Part shown: one piece after another, positions 12,640 to 26,654 of the stretch
Numbering within the stretch: position 1 is the first letter of the stretch
Layout: each line of letters starts with the position of its first letter
Source of the DNA: Squalus acanthias
Lineage: Eukaryota
Direction: 5' to 3'
DNA: 64,000 nucleotides
Assembly (NCBI GenBank): GCA_030390025.1
Contig: CM059433.1
Span: 30,258,001 to 30,322,000, forward strand
Notes under the pieces: model-generated
Seen by the model: only the letters and a program-made list of their open reading frames with translations
The model's database searches: none
What the model was told of the DNA's origin: nothing
Made by a program: the position numbers and the translations under genes

Positions 12640-15002
12640 CTCTTCTAAATGTGGTAGTACTAAAGGTTACAGAAATGGGAACCTGATAAGTTTTGCTGAC
12701 GACCAAAACTTCTTCAAGTAGGAAACCGTTAAATGTCTCCAGATGCCTCTCTCCCTCTCTCAACCTGCATAGGCAAAATTGATTGCCGACAGGAAAAAAC
12801 AGGAACGCACGCCTTTAAATAGCGCACCCCCAGCTCCCAGCTGACTGCAAACCGTCCCCCTCTACCTGTCGTTCCTAGCGATAGGCGCTGAGGCAGGGAG
12901 CAAGAATCAATTTCCGGTCCGGGGCGATGCGCGCTTGGATGACGTCACGATCTCTGGGCGCAGGAGATCGTGGTAGTCGTGTTTAGCGCCACCGCAAACC
13001 GGCAGTTCAATTTCGCAGGCGACGCTAAAATCGCCGCGCACGGGCGGTAAGTCGTTAGTGCCCCGTTAGCACCCCCCCCGGAGGCGCTAACCGGCGGTGC
13101 TAACCGGCGGTGCTAACCAACCGAATTTTTCCCCCCTAGTGTATTAAAGAATCATGGTGCACATGCACGGTCTCTTTAGAAACATTCCTGCTCTAACAGA
13201 GCTATCCCTGCTTTGCATGTCAAGCTGTTTTCATCAGCAGAACTTGTTCAGGGTGAACTCTTTACTATTCTGACAGCTTTAAGAATATTCACTGAAGAGA
13301 ATGGTGCAATACTGAAACAGATTGTAGGACCAATGAAATATTCGTTATTCTCTGGGAGCCTCATTCAAGCCTCAATTTTCCTAATGCAGCAAACACAACC
13401 TGGGAAACGCACGCTCAAAATGAAAGACATTTATAACTCCTGACATTTAAGACTTCAATACTGCCACCTCTCAGATATAATTAGCAATGCATTCCATGCT
13501 CAGTATGCAGCTCGATGTTGAAAGGGCCACATTATTTTTAAACCATAATATTGACATGCAGAATATTCCCCAGAGACCAGTGCAATCTGAAGATTTAATT
13601 GTCAGCACAGTAAACCGTAGAAGCTTTTTTTACATGCTTTGGGAGACTTCTCTGTGCAATCATTTTTACTCTTTTGCAAAACTGCAGACTCTTTGCGGAC
13701 TATAATTAATAAAGAATCGTACTATAAGCCTTCTCTTTTTTTGATGACTTAACAGTTTTAAAGAGAAATGCTACGCTTTGGTAAAAAAGATGTAATGAAG
13801 AAAGCGTGACTGCTGCGGCCAGGTGTATTTACATTAGGCCTGTATCGGTTTCAGCTAAGTCAGGTCCTTTGATGAATGCTTCTTTTAACCTAATCTTGAT
13901 GATCAGTTCGGCAAAAGCAATCTGCGTGCTTTTAAGAATATTTTATGTGGAGGAGGTTTTTTCTGTTATCCCCTCCAGTCCTATCTGCACTTCTCCAATT
14001 CTGGCCTCTTGCGCATCCTCAGTTTTCATCGTTCCACTATTGGCGGCCGTGCCTTCAGCTTCCGAGGCCCTATGATCTGGGACTCCCTCCTTAAACCTCT
14101 CCGCCTCTCGTTCCTCCTTTAAGACGTTCGTTAAAACCTACCTCTTTGACCCATCTGTCCTAATATCTCATTATGTGGGTCGGTGTCAAATTTTGTCTGA
14201 TAACGCTCCTGTGAAGCACCTTGAGATTGTTTACGACATTAAAGGCGCTATTTAAATGCAAGTTGTTGTTGTTGATACTGGGAGGAGGAAAATCCAGCCC
14301 TAGATGTCATTGAAAATGTATATTTTCCTAAAATTTAACGCTGGGCCTGGCAGTCATGGTTCAGAAGCTGGGCCTATCTGGATTTAAATTGTGATTGCAG
14401 TGTGGACAATGGGTAACTGGGGGTAATTGGGTGCGAGGAGTCAACAACAGGAACATGAAAACAGCTTTCCAAACTTTAGCAGCCAGGGTCATCGTCAAGT
14501 ACTTTCAGGCTGTGTAGAACACTATTCCCGGCCAGAATGGAGGCGATTGGGTAATTCCCCCGTCAATCATGCCTGCAAGTGACTGGGATTGATTTTATGC
14601 ACATAATTTATATCGTGTAACTATCCTCCACTCACTGCATTTTTCTGGAGAAATAATCCTGCTATTATCGGGAGACTTTGCTATAGTTTTGGTCATGAGT
14701 TCGTTGTTTAAATGGACTTGGTTTGCTTTGATGTTTGTTGAGTAAGTTGACTTTGTTTGCTGTAAAATAGACTAATGACATAAGTCCTGCTCTGCCTCCA
14801 ACTCATTGGCTGATACAGTGGTTTCAGTAGATACTCCATTCTATTCCAGAAGGCCTAAACATAGAACAGCCCCTACTGCAACAGATTCCTTGTGTTTTCA
14901 CTTTCCACGTGGGCTCTCTCTCGTGAGAGACTGCCTTACTTAATAGCACCCTTTATCTATTTTGTGTTGTGGGTTCATTGACTATTTGAGTTATGACTCT
15001 AT

Positions 15003-15672
15003 GGGGGCTAAATTCAGTTGATTTGCACCTCCCATTAGCACCCTAATAGGGCACTAACGGGGCGCAAATCAACTAGCGCCTGGGCGCGGCGCCGTTAACG
15101 CCTCCCGCGAAATTCAGCGGGAGGTTAGTGGCGGTGCTAACCGTTAGCGCCGCGCCCCGCCCCGCTCGCGCCCCGGCTGTAATATTGGGTGGCGCCCCCC
15201 GACTTACCACCAGACGCTATGTCCGTATGGGCCGGGGCGGCGCTAGTTAAAGGGGAGGTGGCGGGTGGCCATTTTTGTTGCTGGCTGCCTGCCAGCACCT
15301 GCCCCCGTTGCTGTCCCCAGCCCCCGTGAAGCCCCCTCGCGGGGTGCCAGCTGCTCTTGTCTGCAAGCCCGGCACTCCTCTTGAGTGCTGGGCTCGTTTG
15401 CCAGCACTCCCGATCCCCAGTGGCCCAGCTGGGTGCCAGGATGCGCTGCGCCAGGCCCCTCCCCTTTAATAAGGGGAGGAAGGCCTGCAGTACCGCGGCA
15501 CGTCGTGCCGTGATATTGGCTCGCAGCGCCCCAAGAGGGACGTGGGGTGCTTCCAGTAGCGCCCCTCCTCCCTCTCGGGGCACTACCTGGGAAAATCGGC
15601 CGTGGGAGCGCTAACTTTTTCGGGGCGCTAAAATTAGCGCCCCGACAAAGGTAGTGCCCCAATTTTTACCCC
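15003..15672 (-). mobile_element. Harbinger-like MITE of the same family, inverted
   Basis: GGGGGCTAAATT...AATTTTTACCCC termini; CpG-rich arms are the reverse complement of those of 42472-43214. Confidence 0.75.
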
Positions 15673-15732
15673 ATGACTCTTCTGCAGTTGCTCAGTATTT
15701 ACAGCCAGCCCTCAGAGTGGGCAATGCGTAGC

Positions 15733-15763
<31 letters not shown>

Positions 15764-16137
15764 AACGGTCGAGAGAAGTAAACAACAGGCACGTGGGCTG
15801 TATTCCGTATCTCAGTGTCCAAACCCATTACACCGACCAGTCCACTCACGTTAGATGCCTAATTATTGGTAGGGATGTGACCCATCACGTTGGCACTCCA
15901 TCGCCGAGGATGATCAAAGAGCACTGACTCAATGAGTGGTGATTCCAGGTCTTTTATACACAATTCTCTTTGGAAGGAGCTGTGTCATTAGGCGAAAGGT
16001 GCCATTAAATAAGACCAAAAAGATACATAGTGTGGGAAGTGAAATAAAAAATCAAATGGGAAATAAATCAGCCAAGGCTCCAACTCCTGATCATTTTCTC
16101 GTGACCTCTGCTGGAAATGTGTGGGTGTTTGCGTGAC

Positions 16138-16524
16138 TAGGGTTGCCAACTCCGGTTGGACGTATTCCTGGAGGTTTCATCACATGACCTCCTGCCTCCA
16201 CCCATCCCGCCCCCACACTCGCGCCATTGGTCACCCGACACATCCAACCTTGTGGCGCCTCACCTTCCCCCACCAATTAGAGAGCAAACAGACTCTTCAT
16301 TACCCGATTGGATGATTCTTGATTCTCAGTCAAACAGCCTTTATTCCCATCTCCAAAACTTTTATAACTAGTAAACAAAAGTGTTTAAAGAAATTTAAAA
16401 AATATATTATTTTGTTTACTGCCCCTATGAGTTTTCTCCCTGGGTGTTGCTCGCAGTAGTTTCCTGGAGATTAATCTTTAATTCCTGGAGACTCCAGGGC
16501 AATCCTGGAGGGTTGGCAACCCTG
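16138..16524. mobile_element. hAT-type MITE, same family
   Basis: TAGGGTTGCCAAC...GTTGGCAACCCTG; TSD not clear. A partial inverted copy lies at about 9856-10020. Confidence 0.8.
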
Positions 16525-17147
16525 GTGTGGTTGAAAATGTCAAGTGAGAAGAGGATCAGGACAACCCTTAGAACTAACAGTACCACCAATTCCAAGAGAA
16601 AGAGGAAAATTGGAAGCAAACGTTTGAATTGTTTGGTTAATTTTGATTTAATTGCAGAACGAATGAAGTAAAATAACTGCAGAATAGAGAGAGTACGCAA
16701 CTCTGAGGGATTCTGATCCAATCTAAACAATCAATTGGAAGCGTAGATATTTCTGATTCAGTTCTGGGCACCGCACCTCAGGAAGGATATATTGGCCTTG
16801 GAGGGGGTGCAGCACTGATTCACCAGAATGATACTGGGGCTAAAAGGGTTAAATTATGAGGGCTGGTTACATAGACTAGGCTTGTATTCTCTTAAATAAA
16901 GAAGATTAAGGAGTGACCTAATTGAAGTGTTTAAGATGATTAAAGGATTTGATAGGGTAGAGAGATAGAGAGAAACTATTTCCTTTGGGTGGGCATAACT
17001 GTAAAATTAGAGCTAGACCATTCAGGGGTGATGTCAGGAAGCACTTCTTCACAAAAAGGGTAGTGGAAATCTGGAACTCTCTCCCCCAAAAAGCTGTTGA
17101 GGCTGAGGGTCAATTTAAATTTCACCACTGAGATTGATAGATTTTTT

Positions 17148-17261
17148 ACAATAGCAAAATACTGCGGATGCTGGAAATCTGAAATAAAAACAGAAAATGC
17201 TGGAAACACTCAGCAGGTCAGGCAGCATCTGTGGAGAGAGAAACCGAGTTAACGTTTCAGG
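17148..17261 (-). mobile_element. Penelope terminal fragment inserted in a CR1 tail
   Basis: Matches 54116-54227; the hammerhead is truncated. Confidence 0.75.
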
Positions 17262-17647
17262 TTTGTTAGACAGGGGTATTAAGGGTTACAGAACCAAGGC
17301 GGGTAGATGGAGTTAAGATACAGATCAGCTGTGATCTAACTGTGATCTAACTAAATGGTGGAACAGGCTTGACGGGCTGAATGGCCGACTCCTGTTCCTA
17401 TGTCTGATTCACAAATATTAGCAGGAGGAACAGCAATGAAGATAAACAGAAGCAAGCAGTAATGAATGGAAAGGTATTTTCATGCACTTAGAAATTCAGA
17501 GATAATCTGCCTGAAAGCAACAGTACAAACAATCACAGGATTTTCCTGTCTTTCGAAGCACCTTTTCACATTAGCTTTTATAGTCTTTATCATCACTTAC
17601 TGGTGTATGGCACAGGGTAGGTTTAACAATGAAGTACTGGGCCTCAC

Positions 17648-17809
17648 CTGAGTGAGAGCTGAGGTGCTGTGCAGTGTAGAACAAGATGCCACCTGGTGAC
17701 CGAGGAAGGAACTGCATCCGAATGTGGGTCTTGTGGCGGATGTTAAAAGGAGCAAATGCCATCCAGGAAGACTCATTACTCCTGAAGGAGGGGTCGCTGA
17801 TAGTAAGAG
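17648..17809 (-). CDS. EYS: EYS penultimate exon (162 bp, start of a LamG domain)
   Basis: ttccag acceptor and gtgagg donor; encodes (A)LTISDPSFRSNESSWMAFAPFNIRHKTHIRMQFLPRSPGGILFYTAQHLSSHS(G); phase 1/1. Confidence 0.95.
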
Positions 17810-18725
17810 CTGGAAAAGACGAACGTTAACATGGTGATGGGAAAAGAAAATCTGCTGGATAAACAAAATCCAATTCACTCAGAAAGAACTAAAACACTGC
17901 ACTTACAAGGAGAAAGAGACTGTTTGAAGTAACCACAAATACAGGCATGAGTTACAAAAGAAAGCAATTTTTTTTAAAGATTTACAAATCTTAAATTTGA
18001 GTACTAAAGAAGGGGACATTAATGTGATGGGTTCACATGATATTTGAATGTATTTACTTGCAGTTCCCAAGTTAAAAGGGGCAATGGGTTCGGTAATGCT
18101 AACGGGACATCATGTGAGGGAGCATCTTATGACTTGAATCTGCAGTAAGCTGTCTTGGTGACTGGAATATTTAAATGGACAAAGGATCTGATTACAACAC
18201 AAATGTTCACTCCTCACTAGCTAGGACCGGGGGGGGGGGGGGAATGGGGCCATAAACTTTGACAACTTCAGAAAAAACTAGTAAATTAATTTGCTACATT
18301 AAGTCTAAGCTGTGTGCAAATGATGAATTTTGACACATAGGTGGACCAGACAGCTGAACCTAAGGTTTCCTGTACCAAGATCACTTATGCCCACTATTTG
18401 AACAGGGAGAAACTTTACAAACAATTCAGAAACATACACAGCACAGTTATCTCGAAACTCCTACATTACAACAGTGACTACGCTTCAAAAACTGCTTCAT
18501 TGGCTGTAAAGCGCTTTGGGGCGTCCTGAGATTGTGAAAGGCGCTATAGAAATGCAAGTTCTTTCTTTTCTTACTTTTCTTGTTAAAATAAAGTTAAAAA
18601 TTAGTTTTAATTTATTTATTTTGTGAGTTTGTACAAGTGCCCTGGAATAAAAATTTAATGCGAGGATACTCAGGTGACCTCGGGGAGAGCTAGACTGTAG
18701 CTCTGTATTGCTAACTCTTTAAACA

Positions 18726-19830
18726 CAAACATGGGGTAACTGTTCCACTCCAGCACACTAATACCTACAAACATGGGGTAACTGTTCCACTCCAGCACAC
18801 TAATATCTACAAACATGGGGTAACTGTTCCACTCCAGCACACTAATACCTACAAACATGGGGTAACTGTTCCACTCCAGCACACTAATACCTACAAACGT
18901 GGGGTAACTGTTCCACTCCAGCACACTAATACCTACAAACGTGGGGTAACTGTTCCACTCCAGCACACTAATATCTACAAACATGGGGTAACTGTTCCAC
19001 TCCAGCACACTAATATCTACAAACGTGGGGTAACTGTTCCACTCCAGCACACTAATATCTACAAACATGGGGTAACTGTTCCACTCCAGCACACTAATAT
19101 CTACAAACATGGGGTAACTGTTCCACTCCAGCACACTAATATCTACAAACGTGGGGTAACTGTTCCACTCCAGCACACTAATACCTACAAACATGGGGTA
19201 ACTGTTCCACTCCAGCACACTAATATCTACAAACATGGGGTAACTGTTCCACTCCAGCACACTAATATCTACAAACATGGGGTAACTGTTCCACTCCAGC
19301 ACACTAATACCTACAAACATGGGGTAACTGTTCCACTCCAGCACACTAATATCTACAAACATGGGGTAACTGTTCCACTCCAGCACACTAATACCTACAA
19401 ACATGGGGTAACTGTTCCACTCCAGCACACTAATATCTACAAACATGGGGTAACTGTTCCACTCCAGCACACTAATACCTACAAACATGGGGTAACTGTT
19501 CCACTCCAGCACACTAATACCTACAAACATGGGGTAACTGTTCCACTCCAGCACACTAATATCTACAAACATGGGGTAACTGTTCCACTCCAGCACACTA
19601 ATATCTACAAACATGGGGTAACTGTTCCACTCCAGCACACTAATACCTACAAACATGGGGTAACTGTTCCACTCCAGCACACTAATACCTACAAACATGG
19701 GGTAACTGTTCCACTCCAGCACACTAATATCTACAAACATGGGGTAACTGTTCCACTCCAGCACACTAATACCTACAAACATGAGGTAACTGTTCCACTC
19801 CAGCACACTAATACCTACAAACATGAGGTA
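18726..19830. repeat. 39-bp minisatellite, about 28 near-identical copies
   Basis: Unit CAAACATGGGGTAACTGTTCCACTCCAGCACACTAATA(C/T)CTA. Confidence 0.97.
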
Positions 19831-19926
19831 GTTTGTTTAGAATTGCACAGAGTGAGTTAATTACTTTTGAGATGTCCACAGAATGCCATGAATCACCAAA
19901 GTGTTCAAGAGCAGAGTTTCAGATCT

Positions 19927-20010
19927 TCGACCTGAAACGTTAACTCTGTTTCTCTCTCCACGGATGTTGCCTGGCCTGCTGAGTTTTTCCAGCATTTTCT
20001 GTTGTTATTG
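19927..20010 (+). mobile_element. Penelope terminal fragment
   Basis: cgacctgaaacgttaactctgtttctctctccacggatg matches 30810-30890. Confidence 0.7.
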
Positions 20011-21624
20011 TTGACGTCATTCATAGTGGACTAAAGGAAGGAGGTTGTTTTCTCAGGTCATCAACAGTGGAACTGGAAGAGAAACGGTCAACCTTCTCGT
20101 TGGGAGAGCCAGTGACTGAGCTGTGCATTTCTGAAGCAGAATAGGGTGGACCAGAGGATCCACAGAAGTTATGAGACGCACCTGGGCCGAGGGATCAAAA
20201 GGAACATTTGGCGAAGGGACAGGACCACAACAATCGACATTTCTTTTCAAGAAAGTTGCATTTAACAAATTATCATCGGATATACAAAGTTATCAGCAAA
20301 GATAAAATTGGCTTGGGATGCTTCAGAGCGATCAAGACATCAGGTGTTAGGAGACAACAGGCATGACAGAGCAAGATGAAGTGTGTGATCTGATAGGAGT
20401 AGAGTGAGGCATGAAGTCCCATCTAGAATAACATCAGTTAATTCACTATCACAGACAGAACAGTCAGACTGGGCGAAAGGCTGTAAAGAATTCTCAAAGA
20501 CCATCCCATGTTACCTGACTCATAAGGGTAAATTACATGGAATTACACAGATGACGTAGAATAAACAGCATAGAAACAGGCCATTCGGCCCAACTGGCCC
20601 AAGCTGGTGTTTATGCTCCACACGCGCCTCCTCCCACCCTACTTCATCTAACCCCATCAGCATATCCTTCTATTCCTTTCTCCCTCATGTGTTTATCTAG
20701 CTTCCCCTTAAATGCATCTCTACTATTCGCCGCAGCTACTCCCTGTGGTAGCGAGTTCCACATTCTAACCATTCACTGGGTAAAGAAGTTTCTCCTGAAT
20801 TCTTTATTGGATTTATTCATGACTAGCTTATAGTTATGACCCTAATTTCAATCTCTTCCCACAAATGGAAACATCTTATCTACGTCTAACGTATTGAACA
20901 CCTTCATAATTTTAAAGGACCCTATCAGGTCACCCCTCAGCATTCTTTTTTCGAGAGAAAGGAGCCCCAGCCTGTTCAATCCTTCCTGATAGTTATAACG
21001 TGCCTAGTTTGTAGAGTGTGACTTGCTGCTGCGTCTTCGGTAAGAGGTAGATACGACACGGTGTCACTACAGCTTAGTGGCGAGGGAAGTGCAAGAGTTA
21101 GTATTAGAGCTGAGGAAATGGCCTAGAACACCAAGAATACAGGTAGGTAAAGTCAACAAAGCTACCAAGCAAACTCCACCATATAAACAGCAGATACGGG
21201 AGTAATTGTAAGGCTGTAATATGATCTCAGGGATTCAGCAAGCATTATAAACAGCTTCAGTCACTCTTGTGATCCATGACATCATCTAAACCCCTTGAGG
21301 AGATTACTGCTTTGTAATCATTTCTGGATATCTGCCATTCTCTGTTAAAATTTAATGTAATTTCAATCAATTCAAAGTCACAGTGCCTTATAATGATACC
21401 TCTCCGCCCCCCGACCCCCGAATAAGGCAACAGATAGCAACTGCCTTAAAAAATAAATCGCATTTGTAACGTCGTTCATTTCGAAAATTTTCGCCTTTTC
21501 AGTCGCAGCCACCTGGAGCTAAAAGTATGGGATTGGTCGACCCACAGGGTCTTTGGTCCCTGATTTGGAAGCCCTGAAAAGGCCTGAGATCTTGGCCTAT
21601 ACCCTTGAATCGTGACCTTCTGGG

Positions 21625-22242
21625 TAGGGTTGCCAACTCTGGTTGGATGTATTCCTGGAGGTTTCATCACGTGATCTCGCGCCTCCAACCGCCCCGCCCC
21701 CATACTCCCGCGATTGGTCGCCCAACACGTCCATCCTCACGATGCCCCGTGACCGCCCCATCAACTCCCGATCTTCTCTGGTTGCCAAGGACTGTCCCTG
21801 GCGGTCCTTGTCTGCTGCCTTTTAGTTTAGGCTATCCTGCCCGGCTGCGGTCAGCCTCTCAATTTGGCCGGCTGCCGTGTGGGAAACAGAGTAAAAAAGT
21901 TTGAATTAATTCTTGCCGTTAAATTCAGTAAGACCTCCGCTTTCTCAGCATTTCCTGTTTCTCAGCTGCTGACACACGCCCCCACTCCCTCCCCACCACG
22001 CTGCAAATATCGGGGCCATTGTACCTCGGTTGGATGATTCTTGACTGTCAGTCAAACAGCCAATTTTCCCAATGCCAATATTTTTACAACTAATAAATGA
22101 AAGTGCTCAAAGAAAATGAAAAAAACACACCATTTTTTAATGCCCTATGATTTTTCTCCCGGGGTTGCTCGCAGCAGTGTCCAGGAGATTAATCTTCAAT
22201 TCCTGGAGACTCTAGGACGATCCTGGAGAGTTGGCAACCCTG
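21625..22242. mobile_element. hAT-type MITE
   Basis: TIRs TAGGGTTGCCAAC / GTTGGCAACCCTG with a perfect 8-bp TSD CTTCTGGG. Confidence 0.9.
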
Positions 22243-22384
22243 CTTCTGGGAAGAAGGGTTGGCTCCTTGGGTAGCATGGGAATGATGGACCCATGTGCCA
22301 CTCGGAGAACCGTCTAGGGTGGCCACTATTGTCTGGCAGAGGAGGGTCCGATCGCAGGTCTTCCCACCCTACCATCATACTTGG

Positions 22385-23838
22385 CAAAACTGGGCATCCA
22401 TGAGGGCCATCAGCAACAGCAGAATTGTATTACACCACAATCTGTAACCTCATGGTCCAGCATATCCCTCACTCTACCATTACCATCAAGCCAGGGGACC
22501 AACCCTGGTTCAATGAGCAGTGTAGAAGAGCATGCCAAGAGCAGCACCAGGCGTATCTAAAAGTGAGGTGCCAACCTGGGGAAGCTGCAACACAGGACTA
22601 CATGCATGCTAAACAGCGGAAGCAGTATGCTATAGACAGAGCTAAGCGATCTCACAATCAACGGATCAGATCAAAGCTCTTCAGTCCTGCCATATCCAGT
22701 CGTGAATGGTGGTGGACAATTATACAACTAATGGGAGGCGAAGGCTCCATGAACATCCCCATCCTCAACGATGCAAAAGACAAGGATGAGTGGATGATCC
22801 ATCTCGGCCTCCTCCTTAAGTCCCCACCATCACAGATGCCAGTCTTCAGCCAATTTGATACACTCCACATGATATCAAGAAAGAGCTAAGCAAACTGGCT
22901 ACAACAAAGGTTATTGGGCCCTGACAACATCGTGGCTGTAGACCTGAAGACCTGGACTCCAGAACTAGCCACACCTCTAGCCAAGCTGTTCCCCTGTCTG
23001 ATAAAAGCTGGACAAATCCAATCCAGCCAATTGCCGCCCCATCAGCATATTCTCAATCAGCAGCAAAGTGATGGAAGGTGTTATCGTCAGTATTATCATG
23101 TGGCACTTACTCACCAATAACCTGCTCACTGATGCCCAGTTTGGGTTATGCCAAGACCACTTGGCTCCCGCCCTCATTACAGCCTTGGCCCAAACATGGA
23201 CAAAAGAGCTAAATTCCAGAGGCGAGATGAGAGTGGCTGCCCTTGACATCAAGGCAGATTTGACTGAGTGTGACACCAAGAAGTCCGAGTAAGATTGAAG
23301 TCAATGGGAATCAGAGGGAAAACTCTCCACTGGCTGGAGTCATACCGAGCACAAAGGGAGATGGTTGTGGTTGTTGGAGGCCAATCATCTCAGCCCCAGG
23401 ACATCTCTGCAGGAGTTCCTCAGGGCAGTGTCCTAGGCCCAACCATCTTCAGCTGCTTCATCAATGACCTTCCCTCCATCATAAGGTCAGAAGTGGGGAT
23501 GTTTGCTGATGACTGTACAGTGTTCAGTTCCATTCGCAGTTCCTCAGATAATGAAGCGTCCATGCCCGCATGCAGCAAAACCTGGACGACATTCAGGCTT
23601 GGGCTGATAAGTGGCAAATAATATTCATCTGGAAGTGCCAGGCAATGATCATCTCCAACAAGAGAAAGTCTAACCACCTACCCTTGACATTCAATGGCAT
23701 TACCATTGTCGAATCCCCCACCATCAACATCCTGGGGGCCACCATTGACCAGAAAATTCAATGGACCAGCCACATAAATAGGGTGGCTAGAAGAGAAGAT
23801 CAGAGGCTGGGTATTCCGCAGCGAGTGACTCATCTCAT
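22385..23838 (+). mobile_element. Degenerate CR1-group LINE ORF2 (RT) fragment
   Basis: Frameshifted ALDIKA, GVPQGSVLGP, MFADDC and WTSHIN motifs. Confidence 0.88.
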
Positions 23839-24671
23839 GAATCTTTCAGATGAGGCGTTAAAGCGAGGCCCCATCTGCCCTCTCAGGTGGGTGTAATAGA
23901 TCCCATGGCAGTATTTAGAATAAGAGCAATGGAGATCTCCCCGGTGACCTGGCCAATATTTATGCTTAATCAACATCACTAAAACAGATTATCTGGTCAT
24001 TTATCACATTGCTGTTGGTGGGAGCTTGCTGTGCGCAAAATGGCTGCCACGTTTCCTACATTACAACAGTGACTAAACTTCAAAAAGTACTTCATTGGCT
24101 GTAAAGTGCTTTGGGATGTCCTGAGGTTGTGAAAGGCGTGATATAAATGCAAGTCTTTCTTTTTTATTGGGGATATTACCATCAGCAATAGAAAACATGT
24201 ACACCTTCTTTAAATAGCAGTTTATTCTAAAGGCTCAAAGCTATGGTGTCTTTCGTGTTTGCTGATTCATTTGAGCCTGGCTTTCTTGGAAGTGCAGTTA
24301 GGATCCGTTACCTTGAATGAACCCCACAGGCTGACTGCAATGAGCAAGCTGGCTACTCCTGCCAATTAACATCTGTACAATGGCCCTTCTGTGTGGGTTC
24401 AATTCAACCGCCAAAATCCTTATTTTGTTTTGTTCTCTGGTGCCAGCTCGCGTGCTAGTAATCCAGAGTCACGCTGACACAACTAATCAGTTAGAAGCTT
24501 TCTTTCTTCACCCCCTTCCCAGAAACAATGTAGGAACAGCATTAAATAAACATGCTTCGGTCAGTGAGCCTGATCAATAAGCAGACTTTGTACCAACGTC
24601 TATGTTTATCATGTCAACAGCACATGATACTACTGATGCTGAGTGCATGTGTATATTGATGGGCCTGTTAA

Positions 24672-25130
24672 AAAAGACTTGCATTTATATAGCGCCTTTC
24701 ATAACTTCAGGACGTCCCGAAGTGCTTTACAGCCAATGAAGTACTTTTTGAAGTTTAGTCACTGTTATAATGTAGGAAACGTGGCAGCCAATTTGCGCAT
24801 AGCAAGCTCCCATAAATAGCAATGTGATTATAACCAGACAATCTGTTTTTTTTAGTGATGTTGGTTGAGGGATAAATATTGGCCAGGACACTGGGGATAA
24901 CGCCCCTGCTTTTCTTCAAAATAGTGCCATGGGATCTTTTACGGTCACCTGAGAGGGCAGACGGGGCCCTCGGTTTAACGTCTTATCCAAAAGACGGCAC
25001 CTCCGACAGTGCAGCACTCCCTCAGCACGGCACTGGAGTGTCAGCCTAGATTATTGTGTTCAAGTCTCTGGAGTGGGACCCACAACCTTCTGACTCAAAG
25101 GCAAGGGTGCTACCCACTGAGCCACGGCTG
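24672..25130 (-). mobile_element. tRNA-derived Deu-domain SINE (SacSINE1/AmnSINE1-like), near full length
   Basis: A/B-box-like head (tggctcagtgg), core gaggtgccgtcttt.ggatgagacgttaaaccgagg, L2-shared tail. Other copies at about 4157-4280, 8735-8963, 23840-24160, 27260-27650, 28216-28445, 33445-33672, 35905-36300, 40722-41060, 45305-45570, 48205-48620. Confidence 0.8.
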
Positions 25131-25920
25131 CCATCCTTTAATGGAGGCTGGAATAACCAGCCACTCACTGGAGTGGCTTTTACATACCGGTAATGTGCAG
25201 CAACTCTATTTAGAGCACGACGTCAGCAAAATGAGATAATCTTATTAACAGCTATTATGAGCCAAATGCTCAAGCACTAATAAGAGACAGATGTGGACTG
25301 TAAAGAGGGCACCGTGGTATTAGATTTTTGTTGTTGTTATAAAGCAACCAGCTTCCTGGCCAAATAGATTCACAGTTTGTTTTCACACTTATCCAACAGA
25401 ACAACCTACTCAGCAACTCACTGCAATTCACTCACTCAGAGGCCTCGCTCTAAAGGATTTCTCACCCTCCCTGCCCCACCCCAACTGAAAATTGTGAATT
25501 GATCTATTCTGCTTAATCCGGGTTTCAGAATGATTGTGTGTGCAAGCTGGAGCTGTGAACCAGCAGAGTCTGCTGGGAGTTCTCAACTGTGATTCTACGC
25601 AGGTTCCATGGAGGGGAGATGCCAAGCAGTGGGGAGGTGCTAACCCCTAGGGAAGTGGGAGTTGGGGAGAGGGGGACAATCAGAGGATTCTTCATGCCAG
25701 GCTACTTTCATGCATCCCCTTAGAAGCCAGATTAGAGGCAAAGCCTTGGAGCCATGGAATTTTGAATTGTTTTACTTCGTTAAATGCAATTTTTGGATTA
25801 CTATGACCATCGAGAAATATCACGCAGTTCTGAACAATATCACCTGGACTGGAACTCATCCCTAAATACAACTCGGCCTATCAAAACTGAGCAACACGGG
25901 TCTGGGACAGAAACGACATT

Positions 25921-26654
25921 GGCCCGTAATTTGCGGTCGCCGCTGACCTCGAAGAAAGCTGCCCACGGAGATCTCGTGATCTCTGTGGCGGAAACATTAA
26001 GTTTCTTGACGTGTAATTGATTGCAGCATTGTGAATAGGGGAACTCCAGCGCAGAGCAGCAGTGATGTCATCAAGCTGTCTAAGCAGCCAATTACATTGA
26101 AGAATTCTCATAGACAGCAAACCAGGAAATGAAAAGCACTGATTATCTGCACTTTTTAAAAATGTTACAGAGAGTGAAATAAAGATTGGGACATACACAT
26201 GGGTTAAGGTAGAAGCTGAAATATCATGAACAGACTTTAAAAAAAAATATATATTTTTTAATTGTAATTTTGATCATAATGGAGAAATATGACATTCCAC
26301 AAATATAAAACTTGTTTTTCAGGGCCAGAATGGTTGTTTAGCAGTCAATAGGCTGTTAAAACCCCAGTTACACCTACTCCAACAAGGCTTAACATTTAGT
26401 GGGGTATTTAACAGCGATATTAACCTGGAAAAGCTCAAGTTTTTGTCAGTCCACTGATTTCACTGATTGCCGGCTGTGGGGGGAAAGGGGTCCACAGCGC
26501 AGCCTGTGTCAGTGCAGTGAATGACTGACCGCAACTCAGGATTTCCGCGTTTAGATGCGCGTGCGCTAAACCCTGAAGTTATGGTCAGTTTCAGAGGGGA
26601 AACGACAGCGAACTATGACAGTTCTCAGTCATTACCCACTGCAAAATCGGGCCC
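25921..26654. mobile_element. About 730-bp MITE-like repeat, copy 1
   Basis: Imperfect TIRs GGCCCGTAATTTGC / GCAAAATCGGGCCC; highly similar to 38523-39247. Confidence 0.78.

Larger units (their letters stand above)
10317..13135 (+). mobile_element. PIF/Harbinger-type non-autonomous DNA transposon carrying a Myb/SANT gene
   Basis: TIRs GGAGGAAAAATTCGG / CCGAATTTTTCCCCC, 3-bp TSD CTA (10314-10316 and 13136-13138), internal Myb/SANT gene, no transposase seen. Confidence 0.85.

Noticed and set aside
18670..19824. 384-aa ORF of 13-aa repeats, and CRISPR-like regularity
   Set aside because: Head-to-tail 39-bp tandem repeat with no spacers; a unit length divisible by 3 explains the ORF.
20020..21300. 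Possible decayed LTR-retrotransposon interior with a PBS-like TGGCGAGG at about 21078
   Set aside because: No convincing motif or LTR pair could be established by eye.
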